Assembly: GCA_963645645.1 (NCBI GenBank)
Contig: CAVITD010000072.1
Span: 1-27,866, forward strand
Length of the DNA: 27,866 bases
Origin: an uncultured Eubacteriales bacterium
Lineage (GTDB): Bacteria > Bacillota_I > Bacilli_A > RF39 > UBA660
Reading direction: 5' to 3'
Part shown: positions 1 through 11,269 of the stretch, in pieces
Numbering within the stretch: the first letter of the stretch is position 1
How the letters are laid out: each line of letters begins with the position of its first letter
Made by a program: the position numbers and the translations under genes
Notes under the pieces: model-generated
The model's input: the letters and a program-made list of their open reading frames with translations, nothing else
Told to the model about the DNA's origin: nothing
Databases searched by the model: none

Positions 1-786
1 CATCAATTCACTCTCTAACTTATCACTTTCTCCTAAAATAATAGCGTATAAAATATAATCCTCCCATAAAACAATCTCTGTTAACTTCTTCTCATCAAAC
101 CTACCAAAATCGTCCAAATAATGCTTTAAACCATTTAATCTAACATAAATATCTTTCCCCTCTTTAGTTAAAACATAAGAAACTTTTGACATCATTCCAA
201 AAGAAAAACAAATTAACAACCAAGAATAAACAAATAAAATTAATACTGAAACAAAAATATTAACAGAAAGATTATTAGTTTCTAAACAAAAGAAAAAGAA
301 AAACAAACACAAAAAACCAAATACCAATACAAATAAACTAATAAATTTATCATTAAAACTAAATCTTTTTAAAATACCCTTATCTATTAAACTTGAAATA
401 ATTCTTTCTTTATAAACCTTATTAAATTCATAAGTATTAATAAACTTATAAGAATCAACAATAAATAACTCATTAGAAGAAAGATTACTTTTATCTAATA
501 CAATTAACTCATTACCATTAATATCTATCTTCTTTTCTAATTTTAATTTCTCTAAATCAGCTTTAATTAAAGTGTTAATATCTTTATTATTAAATATATA
601 TCCAAGCTCACCAATAGAAAAATTTTTAATAATATCCCTATAATAATTAAACTTCTCATCGTCAGTTAATCTATAATACTTCTTTGATTCAATATATTTA
701 ATAACAAAAATAAATAAAAGTTTATAAGTAAAGAACATACAAATAACAAACCATAAGAGCAATAAAAGCAATAAAAAATAAATCAT
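1..786 (-). CDS. DUF2207-like membrane protein, 3'-partial (runs off the window edge)
   Basis: Not in the ORF track; partly translated by hand. ATG at 786 follows AGGGTGA. Hydrophobic N-terminus MIYFLLLLLLLWFVICMFF, then YYRDIIKNFSIGELGYI, a hydrophobic central segment, and a C-terminal LTKEGKDIYVRLNGLKHYLDDFGRFDEKKLTEIVLWEDYILYAIILG typical of DUF2207-family C-termini. Confidence 0.65.
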   Translation of the reverse strand, partial: MIYFLLLLLLLWFVICMFFTYKLLFIFVIKYIESKKYYRLTDDEKFNYYRDIIKNFSIGELGYIFNNKDINTLIKADLEKLKLEKKIDINGNELIVLDKSNLSSNELFIVDSYKFINTYEFNKVYKERIISSLIDKGILKRFSFNDKFISLFVLVFGFLCLFFFFFCLETNNLSVNIFVSVLILFVYSWLLICFSFGMMSKVSYVLTKEGKDIYVRLNGLKHYLDDFGRFDEKKLTEIVLWEDYILYAIILGESDKLESELM

Positions 787-863
787 AAAATCACCCTTAA
801 CCACATTTTAACACAATATAATAAAATAATAGGAAAAATAAAACAATTTTACATAAAATATAC

Positions 864-890
864 AAAAAAAAGAACTCTACTTGAGAGTTC
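864..890 (-). terminator. Intrinsic terminator of the S10-spc-alpha operon
   Basis: Minus strand GAACTCT-CAAGT-AGAGTTC followed by T8, 4 nt after the rplQ stop. Confidence 0.85.
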
Positions 891-894
891 AATA

Positions 895-1239
895 TTAAAC
901 TAGTTCTAAACTAACTATTAAAGCGTCGTCTCCTCTTCTTTCAGCTAGTTTGATAATTCTTGTGTATCCGCCATTTCTTTCTGCATATTTAGGAGCTAAT
1001 GTGTCAAATAAATATTTAACTGTTTCAGTATCATTTTCTAAGAAAGCAAGTGCTTTTCTTCTTGAAACTAAATCTCCTTTTTTAGCATAAGTAATCATTT
1101 TATCAACGTATTTTCTTGCTTCTTTAGCTCTTTCTTCTGTTGTTTCAACTTTACCATTAGTTAAAACTGTTTTTGTTAAACCAGAAAGGATACTTCTTCT
1201 TTGTTTAGTATCTCTGTTTAGTTTTCTATATAAAGCCAT
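895..1239 (-). CDS. rplQ: 50S ribosomal protein bL17
   Basis: YRKLNR...ERNGGYTRIIKLAERRGD; last gene of the alpha operon. Confidence 0.98.
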   Translation of the reverse strand: MALYRKLNRDTKQRRSILSGLTKTVLTNGKVETTEERAKEARKYVDKMITYAKKGDLVSRRKALAFLENDTETVKYLFDTLAPKYAERNGGYTRIIKLAERRGDDALIVSLELV

Positions 1240-1248
1240 TTTTACCTC

Positions 1249-2199
1249 CTAATCTTCATCACGGAACTTAAGTCCCATATCTTTAATTTTATCAATTACT
1301 TCTTTTAATGATTTTTTACCTAAGTTTCTTATCTTCATCATTTCAGATTCACTCATTGAAGTTAAATCTTGTAATGTATGATGTCCTGCTCTTTTTAAGC
1401 AGTTGTATGCTCTTACAGATAGGTCTAATTCTTCAATAGGTGTTTCTAATGTTTTTTGTATTGGGTCTTCTTCTTTATCTGCTAGAAGTCCTGTTAAATC
1501 TGAGATTTTGTTAAGTTTTGTTAATATTTCGAAGTGCTCGATAAGAATTCTACTAGCTAGGGCTATTGCTTCTTGTGGAGTCATAGCGCCGTTTGTGTAT
1601 ACTTCCATAATTAGTTTGTCATAGTTTTCACTTTGACCAACACGAGCTGGTTCTACTTCATAACTTATTCTTTCAATTGGACTATATAAAGAGTCAACTG
1701 GAATTACTCCAACTTCTAAGTCTTTCATTTCTTTTCTGTTTATTTTTGCATCAACATATCCACGGCCGTTAGATACTACTATTTCCATGTTTATGCTTGC
1801 ACCTTTTGATAGTTCGCAAATAACTAAGTCTTTGTTAATTATTTCAACGTCAGCATCAGGTGTGATGTCAGCAGCTGTTACTAAGCCTTCTTTTGAAGCT
1901 TTTAAGTAAAGCTTTTTGTCTGTTTCAGTAAAGTTTTTTAATACTAGTTTTTTTAAGTTTAGAATAATTTCTGTTACGTCTTCTCTAACTCCGTCTATTT
2001 TTTGGAATTCGTGAAGTACTCCATCAATTTTTATTGATTTAATAGCGCTTCCTGGAAGACTAGACAACATTACCCTTCTAAGTGCGTTTCCAATTGTTGT
2101 ACCAAAACCTCTTTCTAGTGGTTCAAGTACGAATTTTCCATAAAAGTTTGTTTCGTCATATTCAACAACTTTATAATCTGGTTTTTCAAATCTTAACAT
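1249..2199 (-). CDS. rpoA: RNA polymerase subunit alpha
   Basis: EPLERGFGTTIGNALRRVMLSSLPG and CTD IEELDLSVRAYNCLKRAG. Confidence 0.99.
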   Translation of the reverse strand: MLRFEKPDYKVVEYDETNFYGKFVLEPLERGFGTTIGNALRRVMLSSLPGSAIKSIKIDGVLHEFQKIDGVREDVTEIILNLKKLVLKNFTETDKKLYLKASKEGLVTAADITPDADVEIINKDLVICELSKGASINMEIVVSNGRGYVDAKINRKEMKDLEVGVIPVDSLYSPIERISYEVEPARVGQSENYDKLIMEVYTNGAMTPQEAIALASRILIEHFEILTKLNKISDLTGLLADKEEDPIQKTLETPIEELDLSVRAYNCLKRAGHHTLQDLTSMSESEMMKIRNLGKKSLKEVIDKIKDMGLKFRDED

Positions 2200-2214
2200 A
2201 TATATTCCCCTTTC

Positions 2215-2598
2215 CTAAACACGTCTTCTCTTAGGTGGTCTGCATCCGTTATGTGGTATTGGTGTTACATCAGTTATTGATGTTACTTCAAGCCCAGCAG
2301 ACCCTAAAGAACGGATAGCTGTTTCTCTTCCTCCACCTATACCTTTTACGTATACGGCAACTTTTCTTAGTCCCATATCATATGCAACTTTACCAGCAGC
2401 TTCTGCTGATTGTCCTGCAGCGAATGGAGTTTTCTTTTTGCTTCCTTTGTATCCGATAGATCCACTTGAAGCCCAGCTTATTACTCCACCGTCTTCGTCA
2501 GTTATTGTTACAATAGTGTTGTTGTATGTAGCATGAATGTGACATACACCACTAGTTATATCCTTCTTGACTTTTCTTTTTCTTCTATTATATGCCAT
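2215..2598 (-). CDS. rpsK: 30S ribosomal protein uS11
   Basis: NNTIVTITD...[18 protein letters not shown]. Confidence 0.99.
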   Translation of the reverse strand: MAYNRRKRKVKKDITSGVCHIHATYNNTIVTITDEDGGVISWASSGSIGYKGSKKKTPFAAGQSAEAAGKVAYDMGLRKVAVYVKGIGGGRETAIRSLGSAGLEVTSITDVTPIPHNGCRPPKRRRV

Positions 2599-2609
2599 TA
2601 TTTAACCTC

Positions 2610-2975
2610 CTATTTCTTCTTATTTGCTATTGTTTTAGCTTTACCTTTACGAGTTCTAGCATTTCTACTAGTTCTTTGTCCTCTTACTGGAAGACCTTTT
2701 TTGTGTCTAGTTCCTTGATATGAGTTGATTTCCATTTTTGTTTTAATGTTCATTTCAACTTCACGTTTTAAGTCACCAACTAATACGTAAGCATCACATG
2801 CTTTTCTTAAGTCGTTAACTTGATCATTTGTTAAGTCTTTTACTCTGATGTCTTCGCTAACATTAGCCACTTCACAGATTTTTTTAGCTCTTGAAGGACC
2901 AATTCCGTAGATGTAAGTTAAACCTACAACTATTCTTTTGTCTTTTGGTAAATCAATATTTTTAATACGTGCCAT
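2610..2975 (-). CDS. rpsM: 30S ribosomal protein uS13
   Basis: LTYIYGIG...[18 protein letters not shown]. Confidence 0.99.
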   Translation of the reverse strand: MARIKNIDLPKDKRIVVGLTYIYGIGPSRAKKICEVANVSEDIRVKDLTNDQVNDLRKACDAYVLVGDLKREVEMNIKTKMEINSYQGTRHKKGLPVRGQRTSRNARTRKGKAKTIANKKK

Positions 2976-2984
2976 AATTACCTC

Positions 2985-3327
<343 letters not shown>

Positions 3328-3330
3328 TTT

Positions 3331-4077
3331 TCACTCTCCTGTTAGTATTTCGTAACCATTATCAGTTACTACTATTGTGTGCTCAAAGTGGGCAGCTGGG
3401 CTACCATCTTGTGTGGTTATTGTCCAACCATCTTCAAGCATCCATACTTTTCTACTATGTAAACTAAACATTGGCTCGATTGCTAGTGTCATACCTGGCT
3501 TTAAAACTTGGTTAGATTCACTATTACTATAGTTTGGTATGTCTGGGTCTTCGTGCATATTTTCACCGATACCATGTCCGGTAAGTTCACGAATTACACC
3601 ATAACTATGCTCGTTTGCCACACTTTCTATAGCAGTGCATATGTCGTTTAGTATTATTCCGGGCTTTATTACACTTAAGCCTTTATATAGGGCTTCTTCA
3701 GTGTACTTTAGTAAATCACTTTTTTCTTTACTAACGTGCCCGACTTTGTAAGTTCTTGCAGTATCTGCCATGTATCCTTTATATGTTACTACTAAGTCAA
3801 CAGTGATAATATCACCATTTTTTAGTTTCCTATTACTTGGGATACCGTGAACTACTTCATCATTTATTGAAGCACATATGCTACTTGGAAATCCTTCGTA
3901 TCCTAGACAAGAAGGAGTGCAGTCTTTGCTTCTAATAAATTTTTCTGCTTCTATATCAAGATGCTTAGTTGTTACGCCTTCATGTATCAAAGTCCCCATT
4001 AAATTTAATGTTTCGTAAGCTACTTTTCCAGCGTAACGCATAAGACTTAATTCACTTTCAGTTTTAGTACTAACCAT
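3331..4077 (-). CDS. map: Type I methionine aminopeptidase
   Basis: SINDEVVHGIP, GHGIG..MHEDP, AIEPM and AAHFEHT metal-binding motifs. Confidence 0.97.
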   Translation of the reverse strand: MVSTKTESELSLMRYAGKVAYETLNLMGTLIHEGVTTKHLDIEAEKFIRSKDCTPSCLGYEGFPSSICASINDEVVHGIPSNRKLKNGDIITVDLVVTYKGYMADTARTYKVGHVSKEKSDLLKYTEEALYKGLSVIKPGIILNDICTAIESVANEHSYGVIRELTGHGIGENMHEDPDIPNYSNSESNQVLKPGMTLAIEPMFSLHSRKVWMLEDGWTITTQDGSPAAHFEHTIVVTDNGYEILTGE

Positions 4078-4729
4078 TTTTAACTCCTAGAAGAGTTTCT
4101 AAGTTACTTAGTGTAACTTCAGGCTCTTTTGTTCCGTCTATAGTAATTAGTTTTCCTAATGAACGGTAGTACTCAATTACTGGGGCTGTTTCTGTCATGT
4201 AAATGTCATATCTTTTTTCATATGCTTCTTTTGTATCGTCTGTACGTGTTATTAATTCTACGTTACAGTTGTCACATAGGTTTCTATTTTTAGGTGTGTT
4301 ATAACCTGTTAATAAGTTATATGTTTTTTTACATTGTGGACAAGTTGCACGCCCTAGTATTCTTTTTAGGCCTGTTTCTTTATCAATGTTAATAAATATT
4401 ACTTTATCAACATTTAAGTTTAGACTACTTAGTATTTCTTCATAGTCGTGTGCTTGGTTTATTTTTCTAGGATAGCCATCCATCATGAATGGAACTTTTA
4501 GGTCAAGACTTTTTAATTTAGTTTCTATAAGACGTTTCATTAAATCGTCGTTAACCATTTCACCTTTAGAAATAATACTTTCTACTTCTTTACCAATGTC
4601 ACTACCAAGAGAGACTTGTTCACGAAGTACGTCTCCAGCACTTATATGGTTAAAACCATATTTTTCTTTTAATAAACCACTAAATGTTCCCTTGCCAGCG
4701 GCAGGTGGAGCAATCCAAATGATGTTCAT
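4070..4729 (-). CDS. adk: Adenylate kinase with 4-Cys zinc LID
   Basis: P-loop APPAAGKGT, DGYPR, LID CPQC...CDNC, RTDD; directly after secY. Confidence 0.95.
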   Translation of the reverse strand: MNIIWIAPPAAGKGTFSGLLKEKYGFNHISAGDVLREQVSLGSDIGKEVESIISKGEMVNDDLMKRLIETKLKSLDLKVPFMMDGYPRKINQAHDYEEILSSLNLNVDKVIFINIDKETGLKRILGRATCPQCKKTYNLLTGYNTPKNRNLCDNCNVELITRTDDTKEAYEKRYDIYMTETAPVIEYYRSLGKLITIDGTKEPEVTLSNLETLLGVKNG

Positions 4730-4734
4730 TTTTA

Positions 4735-5991
4735 TTACCTCCTATAAGCACGAGATGCTACTGAACTTTCAAGTTGTTTATATGTTTCTAGTAATACTCC
4801 TACAACGATTAGGATACTTGTACCACCTAGAGTTACTATACTTGGCATGTCTGAAATCCAACTAAATATGATTGGAATTGCAGCAATTATTGCTATAAAT
4901 ATAGCTCCCATGAATGTAATTCTTGATAATACTTTTGATATGTATTTTGTTGTTTCTGTACCAGGTCTTATTCCTGGAATGTATCCGTTTTGTTTGTTTA
5001 GATTTTTTGATATATCTTCTGGATTTACTGCAGCTAAGTATGTATAGCCATAAGTAAATGCTATTATTAGAAGTATATATACTACAAATCCAATAGGAGT
5101 TTGTGTTGATAAGTATTTATCAACAAATAATTTAAAACTTTCATTTTTTATGATATAAGTTAGTGTAGTTGGTATTGCAAGTACAGCTGATGCAAATATT
5201 ACTGGCATAACTCCAGCTGAGTTTATTCTTAATGGTAAGAATGATGTATTTGCTTTATAAGCACCTGCACTTCTGTTTGAATATTGTATAGGTATTCTTC
5301 TTTCAGCTTCTTGTACATATATTACTCCAACTATTATTCCTATATATAGTAATATAAATATTACAAATGATAGTATTCCTAAGAATGTGTTTGAACCATT
5401 GACTGCAAGTGCATTAAATGCTTCTATCATCATTCTAGGCATTGTGTTTACGATACCAGCCATGATAATTAGGCTTATACCGTTTCCTAAACCTTTATTA
5501 GTTATTTGATCTCCTAGGTATAGTAAGAATGCTGTACCTGCAGTTAAGATTAAACTTATTTCTACATATTCAAGTGGAGTTCCGGTTTTTCCCATAAACA
5601 TAATTGAATAAATGTAACCTTCTATAAGAGCAAATCCTATACCAAGGTATCTATTTATTTGATTTATTTTACGTCTACCTTCTTCTCCCATTTCTTTTAA
5701 CTCTTGGAAATATGTTATTCCCATTAAGTCCATTTGAAGTACTTGAAGTAGTATTGAAGCAGTAATGTATGGCATTACACCTAGAGCAAATATACTAAAT
5801 TGTTTTAGTCCTCCACCACTCATTGCGTTTAATAATTCTAGAAAACCCAAGTTTTCTGTTATAGCACTCATACCTGGTACAGTTATTGCATTTCCTAATG
5901 CGAAAATGAATAATGCACCAAGTGTATATAGTACTCTACTCTTTAAGTCTTTGTTAGTTTTCTTAAATATTTGCTTGAATGTTGCAAACAT
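4735..5991 (-). CDS. secY: Preprotein translocase SecY
   Basis: FSIFALGVMPYITASI, GLGNGISLII, YIPGIRPG, GGTSILIVVGV. Confidence 0.99.
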   Translation of the reverse strand: MFATFKQIFKKTNKDLKSRVLYTLGALFIFALGNAITVPGMSAITENLGFLELLNAMSGGGLKQFSIFALGVMPYITASILLQVLQMDLMGITYFQELKEMGEEGRRKINQINRYLGIGFALIEGYIYSIMFMGKTGTPLEYVEISLILTAGTAFLLYLGDQITNKGLGNGISLIIMAGIVNTMPRMMIEAFNALAVNGSNTFLGILSFVIFILLYIGIIVGVIYVQEAERRIPIQYSNRSAGAYKANTSFLPLRINSAGVMPVIFASAVLAIPTTLTYIIKNESFKLFVDKYLSTQTPIGFVVYILLIIAFTYGYTYLAAVNPEDISKNLNKQNGYIPGIRPGTETTKYISKVLSRITFMGAIFIAIIAAIPIIFSWISDMPSIVTLGGTSILIVVGVLLETYKQLESSVASRAYRR

Positions 5992-6435
5992 CTAAATCAC
6001 CTCAACTTTTCCACCGTTACTTTCTATTTTGTTTATAGCACCGTTTGTGAATACGTTAGCTTTAACAGTTAACTTTTTAGTAAGTTCACCACTTCCTAAA
6101 ATTTTGATACCGTTTAATTCTTTTTTCACTAATCCAGCTTCTTTTAGCATTTCTGGTGTTACAGTTGAACCATCTTCAAATCTGTTAAGATCACTTACGT
6201 TTACTATTGCATATCTAATAGTAAATCTAGCATTATTGAATCCTCTTCTTGGAATTCTTTTGTATAATGGATTTTGTCCACCTTCAAACCATGGCTTGAT
6301 ACTTGCTCCTGAACGAGCTTTTTGACCTTTTTCACCACGACCAGATGTTTTTCCTAATCCACTTCCTGGTCCTCTACCAACAATTTTTCTCTTTTGAGTA
6401 GACCCAGGATTCATTTTTAATTCATTTAATTTCAT
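5992..6435 (-). CDS. rplO: 50S ribosomal protein uL15
   Basis: GRGPGSGLGKTSGRGEKGQKARSG...FEGGQNPLYKRIPRRGF. Confidence 0.99.
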   Translation of the reverse strand: MKLNELKMNPGSTQKRKIVGRGPGSGLGKTSGRGEKGQKARSGASIKPWFEGGQNPLYKRIPRRGFNNARFTIRYAIVNVSDLNRFEDGSTVTPEMLKEAGLVKKELNGIKILGSGELTKKLTVKANVFTNGAINKIESNGGKVEVI

Positions 6436-6977
6436 TATCCTATAATCTCCTCTACTTTTTTACCACGTAAACTTGCTATATGGCTTGCACTTCTTTGTTG
6501 TTTTAATGCATCCATAGCAGCTTTTGCAGTATTTATTTGTGTGTTACTTCCTAGGCTTTTTGATACTATATCTTTAACCCCAGCAAGCTCAAGTACGTTA
6601 CGAACTGGTCCACCAGCAATGATTCCACTACCGGCTTTTGCAGGTTTTACTAAAACTTTAGCAGCTCCACATTTACCAATTACTTCATGACTTAATGTTC
6701 TACCTTCAACTAGGTTAACTGTTATTACATTTTTTTCAGCAGCTTTGATTGCTTTTGAAATTGCATTTGGTACTTCGTTAGCTTTTCCTGTTCCTAAACC
6801 TACTTTTCCTTTTCTGTCTCCAACAGCAACTGTTGCAGTAAATCTCATTGTACGTCCACCTTTAGTTGTTTTTGATACACGTCCAATTGATATTACTTTC
6901 TCTTCGTAAGGACTTTTCTTAACAAATTCTCTTTTATTTGTTCTTTCTTTGTTATTTTTTTCTCTAATATTATCCAT
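6435..6977 (-). CDS. rpsE: 30S ribosomal protein uS5
   Basis: [10 protein letters not shown]...[11 protein letters not shown]...KSLGSN. Confidence 0.99.
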   Translation of the reverse strand: MDNIREKNNKERTNKREFVKKSPYEEKVISIGRVSKTTKGGRTMRFTATVAVGDRKGKVGLGTGKANEVPNAISKAIKAAEKNVITVNLVEGRTLSHEVIGKCGAAKVLVKPAKAGSGIIAGGPVRNVLELAGVKDIVSKSLGSNTQINTAKAAMDALKQQRSASHIASLRGKKVEEIIG

Positions 6978-6994
6978 TTCTTATAGTCCCTCCC

Positions 6995-7348
6995 TTAGAA
7001 TTTAAGTCCAGCTTCTCTTGCTGCATCAGCTAAAGCTTTAACTTTTCCGTGATATTGGTATCCACCACGATCGAATACTACTTCTGTAATTCCTTTTTCA
7101 AGTGCTCTTTTAGCAACTTCAGTTCCTACTTTTGTAGCATTTTCTACGTTTGAACCATTTAGTTTCATATCTAAGCTTGAGGCACTTACTAGAGTAACAC
7201 CTTTTTCGTCATCTATGATTTGTGCATAAATATTAGCATTACTTCTAAATATGTTTAATCTTGGTGTAGTGCTTGTACCAGATAAATTTTTTCTTATACG
7301 AGCATGTCTTTTTAAACGACTTACGTTTTTACTTTCTTTCTTAATCAT
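6995..7348 (-). CDS. rplR: 50S ribosomal protein uL18
   Basis: PRLNIFRSN...[28 protein letters not shown]. Confidence 0.99.
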   Translation of the reverse strand: MIKKESKNVSRLKRHARIRKNLSGTSTTPRLNIFRSNANIYAQIIDDEKGVTLVSASSLDMKLNGSNVENATKVGTEVAKRALEKGITEVVFDRGGYQYHGKVKALADAAREAGLKF

Positions 7349-7361
7349 ACTTTCTTACCTC

Positions 7362-7898
7362 CTATGCAGCTTTCTTTCCTTCCTTACGTCTTATAAATTC
7401 GCCTTTGTACTTAATACCTTTACCTTTGTATGGCTCTGGTCCACGTACTTTACGAACTTGTGCAGCAAATTCTCCTACAACTTGTTTGTCAAAACCACTT
7501 ATGTTTAATTCAGTTTGACTAGGACTCTCTAAAGTTATTCCTTTTGGAGCTTCCATTTTAACTGGATGACTATATCCTGCACTTATTGTTAGAGTGTTTC
7601 CGGCTACTTGGAATTTGTAACCAACACCGTTTATTTCTAATTCTTTTTTGAATCCAGTGCTTACTCCTTCAATCATGTTTTTGATGTTTGCATTTGTTGT
7701 TCCGTGTAAGCTTCTTAATTCTTTAGAATCGTTATCTCTTGTAACTGTTACGTTCTTATCTTCAACTACTACGTTGATTCCAGGTTTAACTTTTAGTTCA
7801 AGACTACCAAGTTTTCCTGATACTTTGATATCGCTATTATTAACTTCAACTGTTACACCTTCAGGTATAACTAATACTCTTTTACCTATTCTACTCAT
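7362..7898 (-). CDS. rplF: 50S ribosomal protein uL6
   Basis: MSRIGK...PEPYKGKGIKY. Confidence 0.99.
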   Translation of the reverse strand: MSRIGKRVLVIPEGVTVEVNNSDIKVSGKLGSLELKVKPGINVVVEDKNVTVTRDNDSKELRSLHGTTNANIKNMIEGVSTGFKKELEINGVGYKFQVAGNTLTISAGYSHPVKMEAPKGITLESPSQTELNISGFDKQVVGEFAAQVRKVRGPEPYKGKGIKYKGEFIRRKEGKKAA

Positions 7899-7907
7899 AA
7901 TTTCTCC

Positions 7908-8300
7908 TTACCAGATGTATGCAAGAATTTCTCCGCCAAGGTTTTCTTTTCTTGCTTCCTTATCTGTCATTACTCCTTTAGAAGTAGATACTATAGCTAT
8001 TCCTAAACCATTTAATACTTTAGGTACTTCAGTAGCTTTAACATATACTCTTAAACCAGGTTTACTGATTCTTTTAAGTCCAGTTATAACTCTTTCTTTT
8101 TTAGCACCATATTTTAGGTTTATTAGTAATTTTTCAGCTGCACCATCTTTTACAACTTCAAATCCTTCAATGTATCCTTCATTTGTTAATATTGTAGCGA
8201 TTTCTTTTGTCATTTTTGAACCAATTACTTCTACACTTGTATATTTCATAGCAAGTGCATTACGCATTCTTGTAAGCATATCTGATATTAAATCATTCAT
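7908..8300 (-). CDS. rpsH: 30S ribosomal protein uS8
   Basis: DMLTRMRNA...[10 protein letters not shown]...[12 protein letters not shown]. Confidence 0.99.
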   Translation of the reverse strand: MNDLISDMLTRMRNALAMKYTSVEVIGSKMTKEIATILTNEGYIEGFEVVKDGAAEKLLINLKYGAKKERVITGLKRISKPGLRVYVKATEVPKVLNGLGIAIVSTSKGVMTDKEARKENLGGEILAYIW

Positions 8301-8316
8301 AATAAGTCCTCCCTTC

Positions 8317-8502
8317 TTACCAACTAGACTTTTTAACGCCAGGTATTTGACCTTTGTAAGCTAGTTCTCTAAAGCAAATACGGCATAGTCCAAACTTTCT
8401 TAATACACTGTGAGGTCTTCCGCATCTTTCACATCTAGTGTAATTTCTTACTTCGAACTTGCTTCCTCTTTTTTGACTAACTTTTTTACTTGTTTTTGCC
8501 AT
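8317..8502 (-). CDS. rpsN: 30S ribosomal protein uS14, zinc-binding (type Z)
   Basis: 61 aa with CERC...CRIC. Confidence 0.98.
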   Translation of the reverse strand: MAKTSKKVSQKRGSKFEVRNYTRCERCGRPHSVLRKFGLCRICFRELAYKGQIPGVKKSSW

Positions 8503-8514
8503 TACTTAGACCTC

Positions 8515-9054
8515 CTATTTCTTGAAAGGTAAACCAAAACCACTTAGTAATTCTAAAGCTTCTTCATTAGTTTTAGCAGTTGTTACTATAACTATGTCTA
8601 AACCTCTAGTTTTAATTACTTGATCGTAGTCTACTTCTGGGAATATAAGTTGTTCTTTAATTCCTAAAGTATAGTTTCCTCTTCCATCAAAACTTCCTTT
8701 TGAGATTCCTCTAAAGTCACGTACACGAGGTAGTGCGATATTTATTAATTTTTCTAAGAATATATACATTCTTTCTCCACGAAGTGTAACTTTGCAACCA
8801 ATTTTGTTTCCTTCTCTTAGTTTAAATCCTGCGATTGATTTTTTAGCTTTTGTTACAACTGGTTTTTGTCCAGCTATTACAGTTAATTCTTTAACAGCAG
8901 CATCTAAGTATTTAGAATCAGTAGTTGCATCTCCTACACCCATGTTTAGAACTATTTTTTCTAGTTTTGGAACTTCCATTTTAGAAGTGTATCCAAATTT
9001 TTCTATAAGAGCAGGAGTTATTTCTTCATTATATTTCTTCTTTAATGTTTCCAT
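8515..9054 (-). CDS. rplE: 50S ribosomal protein uL5
   Basis: KIVLNMGVG...LPRVRDFRG...FDGRGNY. Confidence 0.99.
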   Translation of the reverse strand: METLKKKYNEEITPALIEKFGYTSKMEVPKLEKIVLNMGVGDATTDSKYLDAAVKELTVIAGQKPVVTKAKKSIAGFKLREGNKIGCKVTLRGERMYIFLEKLINIALPRVRDFRGISKGSFDGRGNYTLGIKEQLIFPEVDYDQVIKTRGLDIVIVTTAKTNEEALELLSGFGLPFKK

Positions 9055-9065
9055 ATTATTTCCTC

Positions 9066-9326
9066 CTATTTAGATTCTTTCTTAGATTTTTTGTTTTCTT
9101 TCTTTTCTTCAGAAAGAACTTTTACATTTGAAATATGAATAGGAGCTTCAGTTTCAAGAATTCCACCTGTTTCGTTAGTTCTGTTAGGTTTAACGTGTTT
9201 TTTAACGATGTTAACGCCTTCAACAATAACTCTAGATTCACTTCTTAAAACTTTTGATACTTTTCCTTCTTTACCTTTGTTTGAACCAGTAATTACTCTT
9301 ACTTTATCTCCAACTTTAATTTTCAT
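9066..9326 (-). CDS. rplX: 50S ribosomal protein uL24 (short form)
   Basis: KOW motif [18 protein letters not shown] and EAPIHISNV. Confidence 0.97.
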   Translation of the reverse strand: MKIKVGDKVRVITGSNKGKEGKVSKVLRSESRVIVEGVNIVKKHVKPNRTNETGGILETEAPIHISNVKVLSEEKKENKKSKKESK

Positions 9327-9338
9327 CTAGTACCCCTC

Positions 9339-9707
9339 CTATAATACTTCTGGTGCAAGAGACACGATTTTCATGAAATCTTTATCACGAAGTTCTCTAG
9401 CAACTGGTCCTAGAACACGTGTTCCTACAGGACTCTTATCATCTTTAATTAGAACACAAGCATTGTCATCAAATTTGATGTGTGAACCATCTGGTCTTTC
9501 TACGCCTTTAACTGTTCTAACTATTACAGCCTTTACGACTTTTCCCTTTTTAACGTTAGAGTTAGGTATTGCCTTTTTAACAGTTCCTACTACAACGTCT
9601 CCAATATTTCCGCTTCTTACGAATGAGCCACCAAGTACTCTTATGACTAAGATTTCTCTTGCACCTGAGTTATCAGCAACTTTTAAACGGCTTTCTGGTT
9701 GTACCAT
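9339..9707 (-). CDS. rplN: 50S ribosomal protein uL14
   Basis: LKVADNSGA...GPVARELR...SLAPEVL. Confidence 0.99.
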   Translation of the reverse strand: MVQPESRLKVADNSGAREILVIRVLGGSFVRSGNIGDVVVGTVKKAIPNSNVKKGKVVKAVIVRTVKGVERPDGSHIKFDDNACVLIKDDKSPVGTRVLGPVARELRDKDFMKIVSLAPEVL

Positions 9708-9726
9708 TAATACTCACGTTCCTTTC

Positions 9727-9984
9727 TTAAAGTACGATAGCTTCTTCAATAATGCTATCTAATACATATCTTTTTGTTTTTGAAAGTGGACGACACGCTA
9801 CTATTTTAACTGTATCTCCTACTTTTGCTTTGTTTTCTTCATCATGTGCTTTATATTTTTTAGAGTATTTTACTCTTTTTTTGTATAGTGGGTGTGTTTT
9901 GTAAGTTTCTGTTAATACTACGATTGTTTTGTCCATGCTTGTGCTTACAACTTTTCCAACTTTTGTTTCTTTAGTCTTTTCCAT
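9727..9984 (-). CDS. rpsQ: 30S ribosomal protein uS17
   Basis: [14 protein letters not shown]...HPLYKK...RPLSKTKR. Confidence 0.99.
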   Translation of the reverse strand: MEKTKETKVGKVVSTSMDKTIVVLTETYKTHPLYKKRVKYSKKYKAHDEENKAKVGDTVKIVACRPLSKTKRYVLDSIIEEAIVL

Positions 9985-9992
9985 AAATCCTC

Positions 9993-10187
9993 CTACTTAT
10001 CTTCCTTACGTTCGTTAAGTACAGTTTTTAATCTTGCAACGTCATGACGTAACTCTCTGATTTTGTGAGGTTTTTCTAAAGAACCAGTAGCACTACTGAA
10101 ACGTAAATTCCATAATTCGTTTTTTAGTTCAACTATTTTAGAGTTAATTTCTTCAGTAGTCATTTTTCTAATTTCACTAGTTTTCAT
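9993..10187 (-). CDS. rpmC: 50S ribosomal protein uL29
   Basis: ELWNLRF...[13 protein letters not shown]. Confidence 0.97.
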   Translation of the reverse strand: MKTSEIRKMTTEEINSKIVELKNELWNLRFSSATGSLEKPHKIRELRHDVARLKTVLNERKEDK

Positions 10188-10611
10188 TAGTTTGCACCTC
10201 TTCTTTCTTTATGAATTTAGTCTTAATAGGTAACTTATGACTAGCTAAGCGGAATGCTTCTCTAGCAGTTTCTTCAGTAACATCTGTCATTTCAAACATG
10301 ATTTTACCTTCTTTTACAACAGCAACCCATTCTTCAACATTACCTTTACCACTTCCCATACGAACTTCTAGTGGTTTTTTAGTTCTTGCTAAATGAGGGA
10401 ATATGTTAATAAATACTTTACCTCTTTTAGACTTTTTCATTTCTCTTGTCATAGCTACACGTGCTGCTTCTATTTGTCTTGCAGTGATGTAAGCTCCTTC
10501 TTTAGCAACTAGGCCGTATTCACCGAATGATAATACGTTTTTACCTTTGCTTTTTCCTTCATAACTAATTCTGTGAGGTTTTCTATACTTAGTTCTCTTT
10601 GGTATTAGCAT
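10177..10611 (-). CDS. rplP: 50S ribosomal protein uL16
   Basis: [11 protein letters not shown]...RQIEAAR...EVRMGSGKG. Confidence 0.99.
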   Translation of the reverse strand: MLIPKRTKYRKPHRISYEGKSKGKNVLSFGEYGLVAKEGAYITARQIEAARVAMTREMKKSKRGKVFINIFPHLARTKKPLEVRMGSGKGNVEEWVAVVKEGKIMFEMTDVTEETAREAFRLASHKLPIKTKFIKKEEVQTNEN

Positions 10612-11266
10612 TTTCTTTACCTCCCTTGTTTCCTTTGGCAGGAAGGATTTCTCCTTTATAAATCCATACTTTTACACCGATTTTTCCGTAGATAGTGTCA
10701 GCTTCTTTATGAGCATAATCAATGTCAGCTCTTAATGTATGAAGTGGTACAGTTCCTTCGTTATATCCTTCGCTTCTTGCTATTTCAGCACCATTTAAAC
10801 GACCAGATATTAAAGTCTTGATACCTTTTGCTCCTGCTTTCATAGTGTTTCTTATTGCTTTCTTTTGCGCAACTCTAAATGAAACACGGTTTTCTATTTG
10901 CATTGCAATTTGTTCTGCAACTAATGCTGCATTTAAGTCTGGTTGTTTGATTTCTACTATTGAGATGTAAATATCTTCACCAGTTAACTTTGCAAGTGCT
11001 TTTTTGTGTTTTTCTATTTCTTCTCCACCACGGCCGATTACTACACCTGGTTTTGAAGTGTTGATTATGATATTTGTTCTTTTGTTATTTCTTTCAATAA
11101 CTATACTAGCGACTGAGCTACCTTTAAGATTTTTTTCTAAATATTCACGAATTTTGATATCAGTGTTTAAGTATTTAGCGAAATCTTTATTTGGTGCATA
11201 CCATTTGCTTTCCCAGTCTTTATTAATTCCTATTCTTAGTCCGACTGGACTTACTTTTTGCCCCAT
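10589..11266 (-). CDS. rpsC: 30S ribosomal protein uS3
   Basis: [11 protein letters not shown]...[12 protein letters not shown]...[11 protein letters not shown]. Confidence 0.99.
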   Translation of the reverse strand: MGQKVSPVGLRIGINKDWESKWYAPNKDFAKYLNTDIKIREYLEKNLKGSSVASIVIERNNKRTNIIINTSKPGVVIGRGGEEIEKHKKALAKLTGEDIYISIVEIKQPDLNAALVAEQIAMQIENRVSFRVAQKKAIRNTMKAGAKGIKTLISGRLNGAEIARSEGYNEGTVPLHTLRADIDYAHKEADTIYGKIGVKVWIYKGEILPAKGNKGGKENANTKEN

Positions 11267-11269
11267 AGC

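Noticed and set aside
2199..2215. No rpsD between rpsK and rpoA
   Set aside because: Normal for Bacilli, where rpsD lies elsewhere.
3331..3333. Possible alternative genetic code (TGA=Trp) given the Mollicute-like composition
   Set aside because: map ends with TGA at the expected position, long genes are open under code 11, and the Trp codons checked are TGG.
4070..4729. Non-canonical Adk P-loop (APPAAGKGTF)
   Set aside because: The catalytic GKGT, DGYPR, LID cysteines and RxDD are intact, so this is most simply lineage drift.
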